A model generated the notes under the pieces. It was not told the DNA's origin. It did not search any database and worked only from the letters and a program-made list of their open reading frames with translations. DNA of 64,000 nt from Candidatus Moranbacteria bacterium RIFOXYA12_FULL_35_19. GTDB lineage: Bacteria > Patescibacteriota > Minisyncoccia > Moranbacterales > UBA2206. The position numbers were made by a program, and so were the translations under genes. This document shows positions 56,228 through 64,000 of this stretch, one piece after another. The stretch lies in the NCBI GenBank assembly GCA_001784805.1, contig MFSE01000021.1, forward strand, positions 4,241-68,240, read 5' to 3'. Positions within the stretch are counted from its first letter, which is position 1; each line of letters begins with the position of its first letter.

Positions 56228-56779
56228 ATGCAAAAAGAAATTATTTTAAACAACCAAAAAATTCCTTATACTTTTCGCAAAAGCCGACGATCGAGATGTA
56301 TGCGCCTAACAATCAAAACTGACGCGACTTTGGTGGTGAGTGTGCCATGGCTGTTGAGTGGAAAAAAGGCGGAAGATTTTATCATGCAAAAGGCGGATTG
56401 GATTTTGGGGAAGATAAAACATTTTCAAAATAAGGAATCGAGCTTGCCGTCGGCAACGAGAAAAGATTATTTGAAATATAAAAATTTGGCGCGTGAGATT
56501 GTTGAAAAAAAGTTGAAATATTTCAATGAATTTTATGGTTTTTCATATAATCGAGTTTTCATTCGCAATCAAAAGACTCGTTGGGGGAGTTGTTCTAAGG
56601 TGGGCAACCTAAATTTCAGCTACCGGATAATCTATCTTTCCGAAAAACTTTGCAACTATATAATCGTCCACGAACTTTGCCACCTCGGCGAGTTCAATCA
56701 CTCCCAAGATTTTTGGGATCTCGTGGCAAAAACCGTGCCGGAGTATAAGAAGATAAGGAAAGAGATTAAGGGAATGTGA
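56228..56779 (+). CDS. YgjP/SprT-like (DUF45) zinc metallohydrolase
   Basis: C-terminal IIVHELCHLGEFNH (HExxH). Confidence 0.7.
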   Translation: MQKEIILNNQKIPYTFRKSRRSRCMRLTIKTDATLVVSVPWLLSGKKAEDFIMQKADWILGKIKHFQNKESSLPSATRKDYLKYKNLAREIVEKKLKYFNEFYGFSYNRVFIRNQKTRWGSCSKVGNLNFSYRIIYLSEKLCNYIIVHELCHLGEFNHSQDFWDLVAKTVPEYKKIRKEIKGM

Positions 56780-56785
56780 TTTTTG

Positions 56786-56850
56786 TTTTAAAAAAAGATA
56801 TGAAAAAAAGAGGCTTTTGACGGTTGTGTCGAAGCCTCTTTTTGCTGTAA
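56786..56850. terminator. bidirectional terminator (aagaggctt-ttgacggttgtgtcg-aagcctctt)
   Basis: Between the ygjP-like gene (+) and the 56856 gene (-). Confidence 0.5.
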
Positions 56851-56855
56851 TGGAT

Positions 56856-57404
56856 TTATGGGAGCTTTTGGTTTCTTGTGAATTCTCGATATGTTTCTTC
56901 CGCGGATATGTGGTGGCATCCACAGAGGCCTTCCTTAGCTTCTTCTAAGGTGTAATTTTCAACAAGACACTTATCGCATATTCCACCTCGCTGAGGCCAT
57001 AGAATATTATGATAAGCGGGACATTTTTTGCATTTTCTCCAACCGTGAATAACCTCTCTCCCTCTTTCAATGAGGTCATCTTCAATTTCTTCCAGAATAG
57101 ATATCTTGGAGATTGTAAGATACAGAAAAATTGCAATGATTACTGTGATAATAGGATTGGAGATGGTTAGTATTGTTTCATAACCGCAATAAAATAGTGT
57201 CACGAAGCAAAAAATAATAGCCATAAATACTAGTGCATAAAGCACTAAAGCAAATATTTTAAGTTTTATTATCAATGTCGCTGTCTCCGATTGATGCCGA
57301 TATTGCAAAGAACTTTGTTTCATTTTTCCACCTCCTGGATAAAAAATGATTGTTATTATAAAATCGCCTAATGGCAGTGTGGCATATAAAATTGTTTTTT
57401 TCAA
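56856..57404 (-). CDS. membrane protein with C-terminal Cys4 zinc-ribbon
   Basis: Two or three TM helices, then CKKCPAY...CDKC...CGCH. Confidence 0.45.
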   Translation of the reverse strand: MKKTILYATLPLGDFIITIIFYPGGGKMKQSSLQYRHQSETATLIIKLKIFALVLYALVFMAIIFCFVTLFYCGYETILTISNPIITVIIAIFLYLTISKISILEEIEDDLIERGREVIHGWRKCKKCPAYHNILWPQRGGICDKCLVENYTLEEAKEGLCGCHHISAEETYREFTRNQKLP

Positions 57405-57419
57405 GTGTCTGTCTTTTTT

Positions 57420-60400
57420 TTACCAAATATCAACCTTCCCCTCCGGCACAATTATTTTCAAAGCTTTTTCGAGCTCTGTGGTGTTTTGGATGCAGTAGGG
57501 GGTTTCGAGCTTGGATCCGCCAATGGAAAGATATACTTTCATAGCACCTAGTTCGCAACGATCAAATAGGGAGGAGAGATTTTTTAGGATGGCTTTGTCG
57601 AAATTTGGTGGGAGGGTAATAATTAATCTGGAAGATTTATTTGCCCTCTCTTGTCCCGACAAAGTCGGGATATACTCTCCCAAGGGGAGAGGAGGATTTT
57701 GAAGAGATTTTTTTGTAGGCTCACCGCCATTGTTTCTTTGCGTGTGGAGAATTCTTTTGAAATTTTCTAATTCTTGCTGGTTGATTGATTTGGCGCTGTC
57801 GCAAAGCAATTTGAATTCGCCGTCTTTGTCGGAAATTTTTCCCGTGGCTAAAATAATTTTGTCTACTTCCCAGATTGAACCGGTGGCTTCTAGAGTTTTG
57901 GGAAAAATCAAAATTTCCATTTGAGAAGTCGTATCTTCAATGGTGGCAAAAGCCATCATTTTTTGATTTTTGAGATAAATCTTTTTTATTTTGGAAATTA
58001 TTCCGCCGATGGAAACGGTTTGTCCAACCAGTTGAGGATTTATATTTCGAATTGGCACGGCCATTTTTTCTAAATAATCTTGATAATCTCGAACCGGATG
58101 ATCGCTAATATAAAGTCCAAGGAGTTCCTTTTCCCAAGCAAGCTTTTCTTTTTTAGAAGCCTCCACGGAAATCTCCAATTTTATTTCTGGCAATTTCATA
58201 TCTGCTTCTCCAAAAAGACTATTTTGTTTAGTACTTGAAATTTTTTCCAAATTTTTGGAGTGAGCGAGAATGTTTTCAATAGAAGATAAAACGGCATTTC
58301 TTTCGGCCAATTCTTCTAGCGCACCAACTTTTGAGAGAGCCTCAATGGATTTTTTATTCAAATCTTTATGCTTTACTCTTTCAATGAAATTAGTTAGACT
58401 CAAAAATTTTCCGCCTCTTTTTCTTTCTTCGACAATTTCATGAGCGACTGTGTGGCCGACATTTTTTACCGCATTTAATCCAAAGCGGATTTTCCCGCCT
58501 CGCGTCGACTCGCCTCGATCCGACAATCGAGTCGGAGCGGGCGAGCGATCGTCTCCGCGAGTCGAGGCGGGTTTAGTATTATTTTCTTCATTCATGATCA
58601 CGGCAAACTGCTCAAAACTTTCATTGACATTCGGGGACAGAACTTCGATGCCCATTTCTCGACACTCGGCAATTTCAATGGCGACACGATCAATATTGTC
58701 TTGATCAGAAGTGAGAAGCGCGGCCATAAATTCGGCTGGAAAATGCGCTTTCAGATAAGCGGTTTGATAGCCGACTAGCGCATAACACGCGGCATGACTT
58801 CTATTAAACCCATATCCCGCAAAAGGTTCGATGTAGGCAAAAACTTTTTCTCCAATAGTTCCGGCGATGCCTTGTTTCATACAGCCTTCAATGAATTTAT
58901 GTTTTTGCTCGGTAATCAGCGCAAAGATTTTTTTACCCATTGCTTTTCGAAGTACATCGGCTTCACCAAGAGTGAATCCGGCCAAGGCTTGAGCGATTTG
59001 CATCACTTGCTCTTGATAGACTGCCACACCGTAAGTTTTTTCTAAAATCGGTTTCAAATTCGGATGCAAATATTTAATTTCTTTCTCGCCGTGTTTTCTG
59101 GCGATAAAATCCGGAATCCAATCCATAGGACCGGGGCGATATAGCGCTACCATAGCAATAATGTCTTCAAGAACATTGGGCTTCAAGAGTTTTAGATATC
59201 TTTTCATTCCAGAACTTTCTAGTTGAAATACGCCGGTGGTGCGAGCTTCTTGCAAAAGGCGAAAAGTTTTTTTGTCATCCAGTGGTATATCGTCAATGTT
59301 GATTTCTTTTTGGCGAGTTTTTTTTACGATCTTAAGCGTGTTTTGAATAATAGTTAAATTTTTTAGTCCCAAAAAGTCCATTTTCAAAAGGCCAATTTTT
59401 TCCACAAAACTATATTTAGTCGAAGAAGAATATTGCGTCACAGTGCCGTCGCCTTTGCCGGTTATTTTTTGCAACGGAGTATATTCACTCACAGGTTCTT
59501 TGGTGATAACTACTCCGCAAGCATGCATCGAGGCATGACGCACCACACCTTCGAGCCGTCCGGCGCTGTCAATTAATTTTTTTCCTCCCTCATTATTTTT
59601 ATGCAAATCGCTAAATTCTTTGACATTTTCTAAAGCATCGGAAATTGTAGAAAACATCGGAATCATTTTAGCGGTTTTGTCGCAAAAGTCATAAGGCAGA
59701 CCGAGCGCCCGACCAGCGTCGCGGATGGCAGCGCGGGCGGCCATAGTTCCAAAAGTGATGATTTGCGCCACATGATCATTGCCATATTTTTTTCTCACAT
59801 ATTCCAAAACTTCATCTCTTCTGTCATCGGCAAAATCCATATCGACATCAGGCATAGAAATTCTTTCAGGATTCAAAAATCTTTCAAATAGTAAATCGTA
59901 TTTTATCGGATCAATATTAGTGATACCGATGAGATAGGAAACGAAACTTCCGGCAGCGCTACCGCGGCCGGGGCCAACCACGATGCCTTGTTCTTTGGCC
60001 CAATTGACAAAATCTTGCACGATCAAAAAGTAAGAAGCAAAACCAGTTTTTCTAATCACATCTAATTCATATTCCATTCTTTGTTTTTGCTCGGAGTCAA
60101 TATTCTCGCCAAATCTTTTTTTGAGTCCATCTTCGGTAAGACGCCGAAGATAAGTTTCAGCCGTATAACTTTGCGGAACATCAAATTCCGGAAGTTGAGT
60201 CTCCCCAAGTTTTATAGTAAGGTTGCATTTATCCACGATTTCTTGAGTATTAGCCAGTGCTTCGGGAATATTTTTGAAATGCTCGGCCATTTCCTCGGGG
60301 CTTTTGAGATAGAGCTCAAAAGCCATCAAATTCATGCGATTAGTTTCAGTAACTTTTTTGTTAGTCTGAATACACAGTAAAATATCTTGAATTTCATTGT

Positions 60401-61043
60401 CTTCTTTTTTTACATAGTGAATGTCATTGGTAGCGACTAGAGGAATATCTAATTTTTTAGAAATTGCGACAAGGGCATTATTGGCAATACTTTGGTTTTC
60501 AAATTTCGGATGATGTTGGATTTCTAAATAAAAATTACCTTTACCAAAAATTTCTTGATATTCTAGCGCCAACTTTTCTGCTTTTTCAAGATTGCCGGAA
60601 ATGGCGGTGGAAGGAACTTCTCCTTCGGCGCAAGCTGATAGCCCGATTAGTCCTTCAGAATATTTTCGAAGAATTTCTTTGTTGATTCTGGGTTTGTAAT
60701 AGAATCCTTCCAAATGAGCAATGGAAATTAGTTTCATCAAATTCTTATAGCCTTTTTCATTTTTGCAGAGTAAAATCAAATGATAGCGAGTTTTATCTTC
60801 TTGAGTATTATTTTTACTTAGATAATCTCCCGCGGTGAGATACATTTCACAGCCGATAATTGGTTTTATTCCTCGCTCTTTGGCTTTGATATAAAACTCA
60901 ATGGCGCCATAAAGCACGCCATGATCAGTAATGGCGAGAGAATCCATTCCCAATTCTTTGGCACGATCAAGAATGTCATCGACCTTGGCGAGACCGTCTA
61001 ATAGTGAATAGTGAGTATGGACATGGAGGTGGGTGAATTTCAT
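57420..61043 (-). CDS. dnaE: DNA polymerase III alpha subunit, carrying two in-frame GC-rich palindromic insertions
   Basis: PHP domain MKFTHLHVHTHYSLLDG, polymerase core, OB-fold; 1207 aa. Confidence 0.95.
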   Translation of the reverse strand: MKFTHLHVHTHYSLLDGLAKVDDILDRAKELGMDSLAITDHGVLYGAIEFYIKAKERGIKPIIGCEMYLTAGDYLSKNNTQEDKTRYHLILLCKNEKGYKNLMKLISIAHLEGFYYKPRINKEILRKYSEGLIGLSACAEGEVPSTAISGNLEKAEKLALEYQEIFGKGNFYLEIQHHPKFENQSIANNALVAISKKLDIPLVATNDIHYVKKEDNEIQDILLCIQTNKKVTETNRMNLMAFELYLKSPEEMAEHFKNIPEALANTQEIVDKCNLTIKLGETQLPEFDVPQSYTAETYLRRLTEDGLKKRFGENIDSEQKQRMEYELDVIRKTGFASYFLIVQDFVNWAKEQGIVVGPGRGSAAGSFVSYLIGITNIDPIKYDLLFERFLNPERISMPDVDMDFADDRRDEVLEYVRKKYGNDHVAQIITFGTMAARAAIRDAGRALGLPYDFCDKTAKMIPMFSTISDALENVKEFSDLHKNNEGGKKLIDSAGRLEGVVRHASMHACGVVITKEPVSEYTPLQKITGKGDGTVTQYSSSTKYSFVEKIGLLKMDFLGLKNLTIIQNTLKIVKKTRQKEINIDDIPLDDKKTFRLLQEARTTGVFQLESSGMKRYLKLLKPNVLEDIIAMVALYRPGPMDWIPDFIARKHGEKEIKYLHPNLKPILEKTYGVAVYQEQVMQIAQALAGFTLGEADVLRKAMGKKIFALITEQKHKFIEGCMKQGIAGTIGEKVFAYIEPFAGYGFNRSHAACYALVGYQTAYLKAHFPAEFMAALLTSDQDNIDRVAIEIAECREMGIEVLSPNVNESFEQFAVIMNEENNTKPASTRGDDRSPAPTRLSDRGESTRGGKIRFGLNAVKNVGHTVAHEIVEERKRGGKFLSLTNFIERVKHKDLNKKSIEALSKVGALEELAERNAVLSSIENILAHSKNLEKISSTKQNSLFGEADMKLPEIKLEISVEASKKEKLAWEKELLGLYISDHPVRDYQDYLEKMAVPIRNINPQLVGQTVSIGGIISKIKKIYLKNQKMMAFATIEDTTSQMEILIFPKTLEATGSIWEVDKIILATGKISDKDGEFKLLCDSAKSINQQELENFKRILHTQRNNGGEPTKKSLQNPPLPLGEYIPTLSGQERANKSSRLIITLPPNFDKAILKNLSSLFDRCELGAMKVYLSIGGSKLETPYCIQNTTELEKALKIIVPEGKVDIW
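57643..57695. repeat. GC-rich compound palindromic element (family 1) in-frame in dnaE
   Basis: gccctctcttgtcccgacaaagtcgggatatactctcccaaggggagaggagg encodes PPLPLGEYIPTLSGQERA; compare the miaA insertion SLPLGEMS. Confidence 0.8.
58494..58571. repeat. GC-rich palindromic element (family 2, cccgcctcg...cgaggcggg) in-frame in dnaE
   Basis: 78 nt = 26 codons (TKPASTRGDDRSPAPTRLSDRGESTR), absent from E. coli DnaE at this position; the reverse complement matches the intergenic copy at 16396-16437. Confidence 0.8.
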
Positions 61044-61046
61044 AAT

Positions 61047-61132
61047 GTTTTACGAAATACGAAATAAGCGAAATACGAAACGATTAAACTTCATTTTCGT
61101 ACTTTCGTATTTCGTTCATTTTGTAGTTCGTA
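61047..61132. repeat. TACGAAA-family hairpin element upstream of dnaE
   Basis: ttttacgaaatacgaaataagcgaaatacgaaacg ... ttttcgtactttcgtatttcgttcattttgtagttcgtaa. Confidence 0.85.
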
Positions 61133-61219
61133 ATTTGAGCGAAATAAAAACTGGTTCAAGCTAGTTGATAATCCAGTCGTTTAAAATAAAATAAAGTTTT
61201 GTCATATGATTATGTTCTC

Positions 61220-61700
61220 CTCATAGCCCGGGTTGCCCCGTTGGGTTTTGCAGGAGAATTAATAGCGATGCATATAGTTTAGCATAAAAATGAAACTTGA
61301 CAAAAAGCTGATGATAATATAAAAATTAAATATGTAGAGGGGCTCGTTTTTTGAACCCCATGGCGAAAACTATTTTTTTTTCTGCAGGAGTCCATGCTGA
61401 TGGGCTCCTGCAACAAGGAGGTGTAACATGAAAAGTCGTGGACACCCGGCGGTTTTCACCGCCAACACCAGAAGAGCAGTCTAAGTTGCCAAAGTGGCAG
61501 GATCCCTGAGTCGGCATTGCCCATTCAGGGTTCCTGCTCGCATATTGAGCCTTTAGTAGAAAGTTTCTTGTCTTTTATCCAAAAGACAAGAACAATACTT
61601 GAGGTTCTTTTTTTATGGAAAAATAAAAAAAGGGCTTCGCGCGGTTGTTGCGGAAACCCTTTCATGGGTTTTTTGGTGCCCTGTTTTAAGGGCACTGGAT
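61220..61700 (+). ncRNA. GC-rich structured region, candidate non-coding RNA (identity unresolved; RNase P RNA is one possibility)
   Basis: Local GC well above the surroundings. Multiple long hairpins, e.g. cagga-t-ccctga-N14-tcaggg-t-tcctg, ggcgg-ttttca-ccgcc, cttgtctttt-atcc-aaaagacaag. Ends with aaaccc-tttcat-gggttttttgg. GAGUCCAUGCU..GGGCUCC weakly resembles the P4 5' strand. Confidence 0.35.
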
Positions 61701-61970
61701 GTTGAATAGTTCGATTTTTTGCGGGAGCATCTCCTTCTTCATAAAAGTCGGAGAAATTAAATATTTTTCCCGTTGAAGATTAAATTCCTTAATATCAGAA
61801 TTTAACTCACATTTTTCTTCCTCGGGAATATCCTTTTGAGCGTTGGTAATTTGTGCCGAAAAGGAATTTAGTTCCTCAAGAATTTTAATTTCAGGATCGT
61901 CGTGATTTTTTCCGCAACCGAAAAGTATTATAGAAATAATGATACCGATAAAAATAACTCTTTTTTTCAT
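61686..61970 (-). CDS. putative lipoprotein
   Basis: MKKRVIFIGIIISIILFGCGKN signal peptide with lipobox Cys. Confidence 0.5.
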   Translation of the reverse strand: MKKRVIFIGIIISIILFGCGKNHDDPEIKILEELNSFSAQITNAQKDIPEEEKCELNSDIKEFNLQREKYLISPTFMKKEMLPQKIELFNIQCP

Positions 61971-62120
61971 TAGAAAACTCCTTTCTTTAGAGATCCGATT
62001 TTCTGATTAGTTTTAAAAAACATGGGAAAGAGTGGAGATAACTGACGAGGCAATTCCATCTCTCATCCGTCTTTCTTAAGATCTCGCGAATTACTACGCA
62101 GAATCCATCTGGTAATGTGA

Positions 62121-62360
62121 TCACTTGATCAATTTCCAGCTTTTTGTTTTTGCTGGAATATATTCTTGACAATCGCCAAGATCAATTCCGCTTTTAATAT
62201 CTCCTCCGATGCGACGAAAAGTTTTTGTAAAAATCTGATTTAACTTCTCGTCCCTTAATGTGCAGTTTACAACGGTCTTTTTTACGGAAAAATATAATAC
62301 AGCCAGAGATTTTCCGTAAAATTTCATTGTTGCGCCTTTATCTATGGAGCCTATAATCAT
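62121..62360 (-). CDS. hypothetical protein
   Basis: 79-aa ORF upstream of the lipoprotein gene on the same strand. Confidence 0.3.
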   Translation of the reverse strand: MIIGSIDKGATMKFYGKSLAVLYFSVKKTVVNCTLRDEKLNQIFTKTFRRIGGDIKSGIDLGDCQEYIPAKTKSWKLIK

Positions 62361-62431
62361 AACGGTTTCCTCCCTAATAGTTTATTGTTAAAAAACTTCC
62401 TCCTATTTTAACTATAGGTTATAATAGAATT

Positions 62432-63091
62432 ATGATTAAAGCAACCTTTAAATTAGAGGAGGAATTTTTAAGCAAAGGATATAAATTTATCATTGGTATT
62501 GATGAAGTGGGGAGAGGACCATTGGCTGGTCCTGTTGTTGCGTGCGCGGCTTCGATTAGGACATCGGATGTCCTCTTTGGACATCCGATGTCCAAAGAAT
62601 TTGAATTGATTCGTGACTCCAAAATGCTTTCGGAAAAGCAGAGGGAAAGCCTGTTTGATTTTATAGCTGAAAATTTTTATGTGGGCGTGGGGATTTGTGA
62701 TCATCGGACAATTGACCGAATAAACATCTTAGAAGCGAGCTTTTTGGCGATGAAGAGCGCGGTTTCGCAACTGAAATCAAAAATAAAAAATTTAGATAAT
62801 TCTAAATTAATAATATTATTAGATGGCAACAAAAAAATTCCCAACTTTTCTTTTGAACAACGGGCGATTGTGAGTGGAGATAAAATTGTAAAATCAATTT
62901 CGGCCGCTTCGATTTATGCCAAAGTGACCCGTGATCGCATGATGGGCGAAATGCATAAAATTTATCCCGAGTATAATTTTGCCCAGCACAAGGGCTATGG
63001 CACAAAAATCCATATGGACGCCCTCAAAAAGCACGGCCCCTGCGAAATCCACCGCAAAAGTTTCCGGCCAGTGAGGAAGTGTATGGTATAA
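62432..63091 (+). CDS. rnhB: ribonuclease HII, with small in-frame palindromic insertion
   Basis: GIDEVGRGPLAGPVVACA catalytic N-terminus; DSKMLSEKQRE; full-length RNase HII pattern. Confidence 0.9.
   Translation: MIKATFKLEEEFLSKGYKFIIGIDEVGRGPLAGPVVACAASIRTSDVLFGHPMSKEFELIRDSKMLSEKQRESLFDFIAENFYVGVGICDHRTIDRINILEASFLAMKSAVSQLKSKIKNLDNSKLIILLDGNKKIPNFSFEQRAIVSGDKIVKSISAASIYAKVTRDRMMGEMHKIYPEYNFAQHKGYGTKIHMDALKKHGPCEIHRKSFRPVRKCMV
62559..62593. repeat. two tandem 15-nt palindromes (ggacatcggatgtcc, ggacatccgatgtcc) in-frame in rnhB
   Basis: Encodes RTSDVLFGHPMS, absent from E. coli RnhB between AAV and DSKKLS. Confidence 0.7.
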
Positions 63092-63129
63092 AGTTGATTT
63101 TAGTTAGTATTTGAGATAATATGAAGTTA

Positions 63130-64000
63130 TGAAACACGAAATTCAAAAACTTATTAAAAAAGCAGTAAAAGAGCTTGGCTATAAAATAGACGAGGTTGAA
63201 GTTGACTATCCGAAAGTCGAAAATTTTGGTGATTATACGACGAATGTGGCGATGGTTTTGGCCAAGGGTGCGAAGAAGAATCCAATGGAAATTGCTGAGG
63301 AAATAATTGCTGTCATTGCGAGCGAAGCGAAGCAATCTCATAGTGTTAAGACTAATCTTGCTAAGAATGAGATTGCCACAGTCGCTATGCTCCTTCGCAA
63401 TGACAATAAGCTTTTCGAAAAAGTTGAGGTTGTGAAGCCGGGGTATGTTAATTTCTATCTGTCGAAAAAATATTTGCAAGATAAAGTTCAAGAGATAAAT
63501 AAACTAGAAAATAAATTTGGCGATGGCGAAAAGAAAAAAGAAAAAATAATGGTTGAATATTCCCAGCCGAATACACACAAAGAATTTCATATTGGGCATT
63601 TGCGAAATGTTTTTATTGGAAATTCTTTGGTTAATATTTTAAAGAAAGTTAAAAATAATGTTATTTCGGCTAATTATATTGGCGACACGGGAACGCATAT
63701 TGCTAAGTGTCTTTGGGGGATGGTGAAATTTTATTCAGACGAAAATTTAGACAGTATCAAGAATAAAGCGGAGTTTTTAGGAAAAGCTTATTCGCAGGCG
63801 TCAAAGGCTATCGAAGAAAATTCAGAACTCGAAAAAGAATTTAAGGATTTGCAAAAACAATTTGAAGCAGGCGATAAAAAATTAATTGAAATATGGGAAA
63901 AAACCAAACAATGGTCGTTGGATGAATTCCAAGAAATATACAAAGAATTAGGAGTGGATTTTGATGTTTATTTTTGGGAAAGTGAAGAAGAAAAAGCTGG
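63130..64000 (+). CDS. argS: arginine--tRNA ligase (3'-truncated by window edge), with in-frame 93-nt palindromic insertion
   Basis: FHIGHLRN (HIGH) motif; N-terminal add-1 domain; ORF runs off the window end. Confidence 0.85.
63313..63405. repeat. 93-nt palindromic element (family 3) in-frame in argS
   Basis: gtcattgcgagcgaagcgaagcaatctc...gagattgccacagtcgctatgctccttcgcaatgac; encodes VIASEAKQSHSVKTNLAKNEIATVAMLLRNDN, about 27 aa more than E. coli ArgS at this site. Confidence 0.85.

Noticed and set aside
61220-61700. Confident call of tmRNA or RNase P RNA
   Set aside because: I could not locate the tmRNA tag reading frame, a GGTTCGA T-arm, or the full RNase P P4 pairing by eye. It is kept only as an unassigned structured-RNA candidate.

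Overview
This window is an AT-rich, gene-dense bacterial segment whose gene content and small scrambled operons look like a Candidate Phyla Radiation (Patescibacteria)-type genome; that assignment is an inference. It carries a conserved housekeeping core, several accessory loci and many palindromic repeat elements.

Housekeeping core:
- Replication, recombination and transcription: rpoC 3' part, ftsK, rodZ, recA, ssb, dnaE, rnhB, hup, nusG and secE.
- Translation: rpsF, rpsR, an unlisted rpmB, efp, ychF, rplK, rplA, tRNA-Ile, tRNA-Ala, gatB, miaA, miaB, thrS and the 5' part of argS.
- Metabolism and envelope: ndk, murD, gap, and a nucleotide-salvage cluster (P-loop kinase, cytidylyltransferase, HIT, dCMP deaminase, thyA, folA, CYTH).

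Accessory and notable loci:
- A complete diversity-generating retroelement (DGR) at 28.4-33.2 kb. It has a 648-aa target protein with a C-terminal C-type-lectin-like variable repeat (VR) and a downstream template repeat (TR) that differs from VR only at TR adenines. It also has an opposite-strand Avd-like four-helix-bundle gene and a DGR-type reverse transcriptase (LGxxxSQ / YADD motifs).
- A cytoplasmic two-subunit [NiFe] hydrogenase with desulfoferrodoxin and a HypA-like gene. Its subunit genes are split by a GxxExxY (PD-(D/E)xK-like) gene bracketed by ~32-bp inverted repeats.
- An HTH-Fic protein, a DUF4143 AAA ATPase, a Zn-ribbon SF1 helicase with a membrane trypsin-like protease, an RND efflux pair, an AI-2E transporter, and a T-box leader on thrS.

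Repeats, the most unusual layer:
- Nearly every intergenic spacer holds a long imperfect hairpin built from degenerate AT-rich heptamers (TACGAAA, CATGAAA, TACAAAA, ACAGAAA and GCTAAAAT families). These often occur as near-identical local pairs flanking a gene or operon.
- At least four families of palindromic elements sit in-frame inside essential genes (dnaE twice, miaA, miaB, argS, rnhB, and the DGR reverse transcriptase itself), with related copies in intergenic DNA. This resembles Rickettsia palindromic elements.
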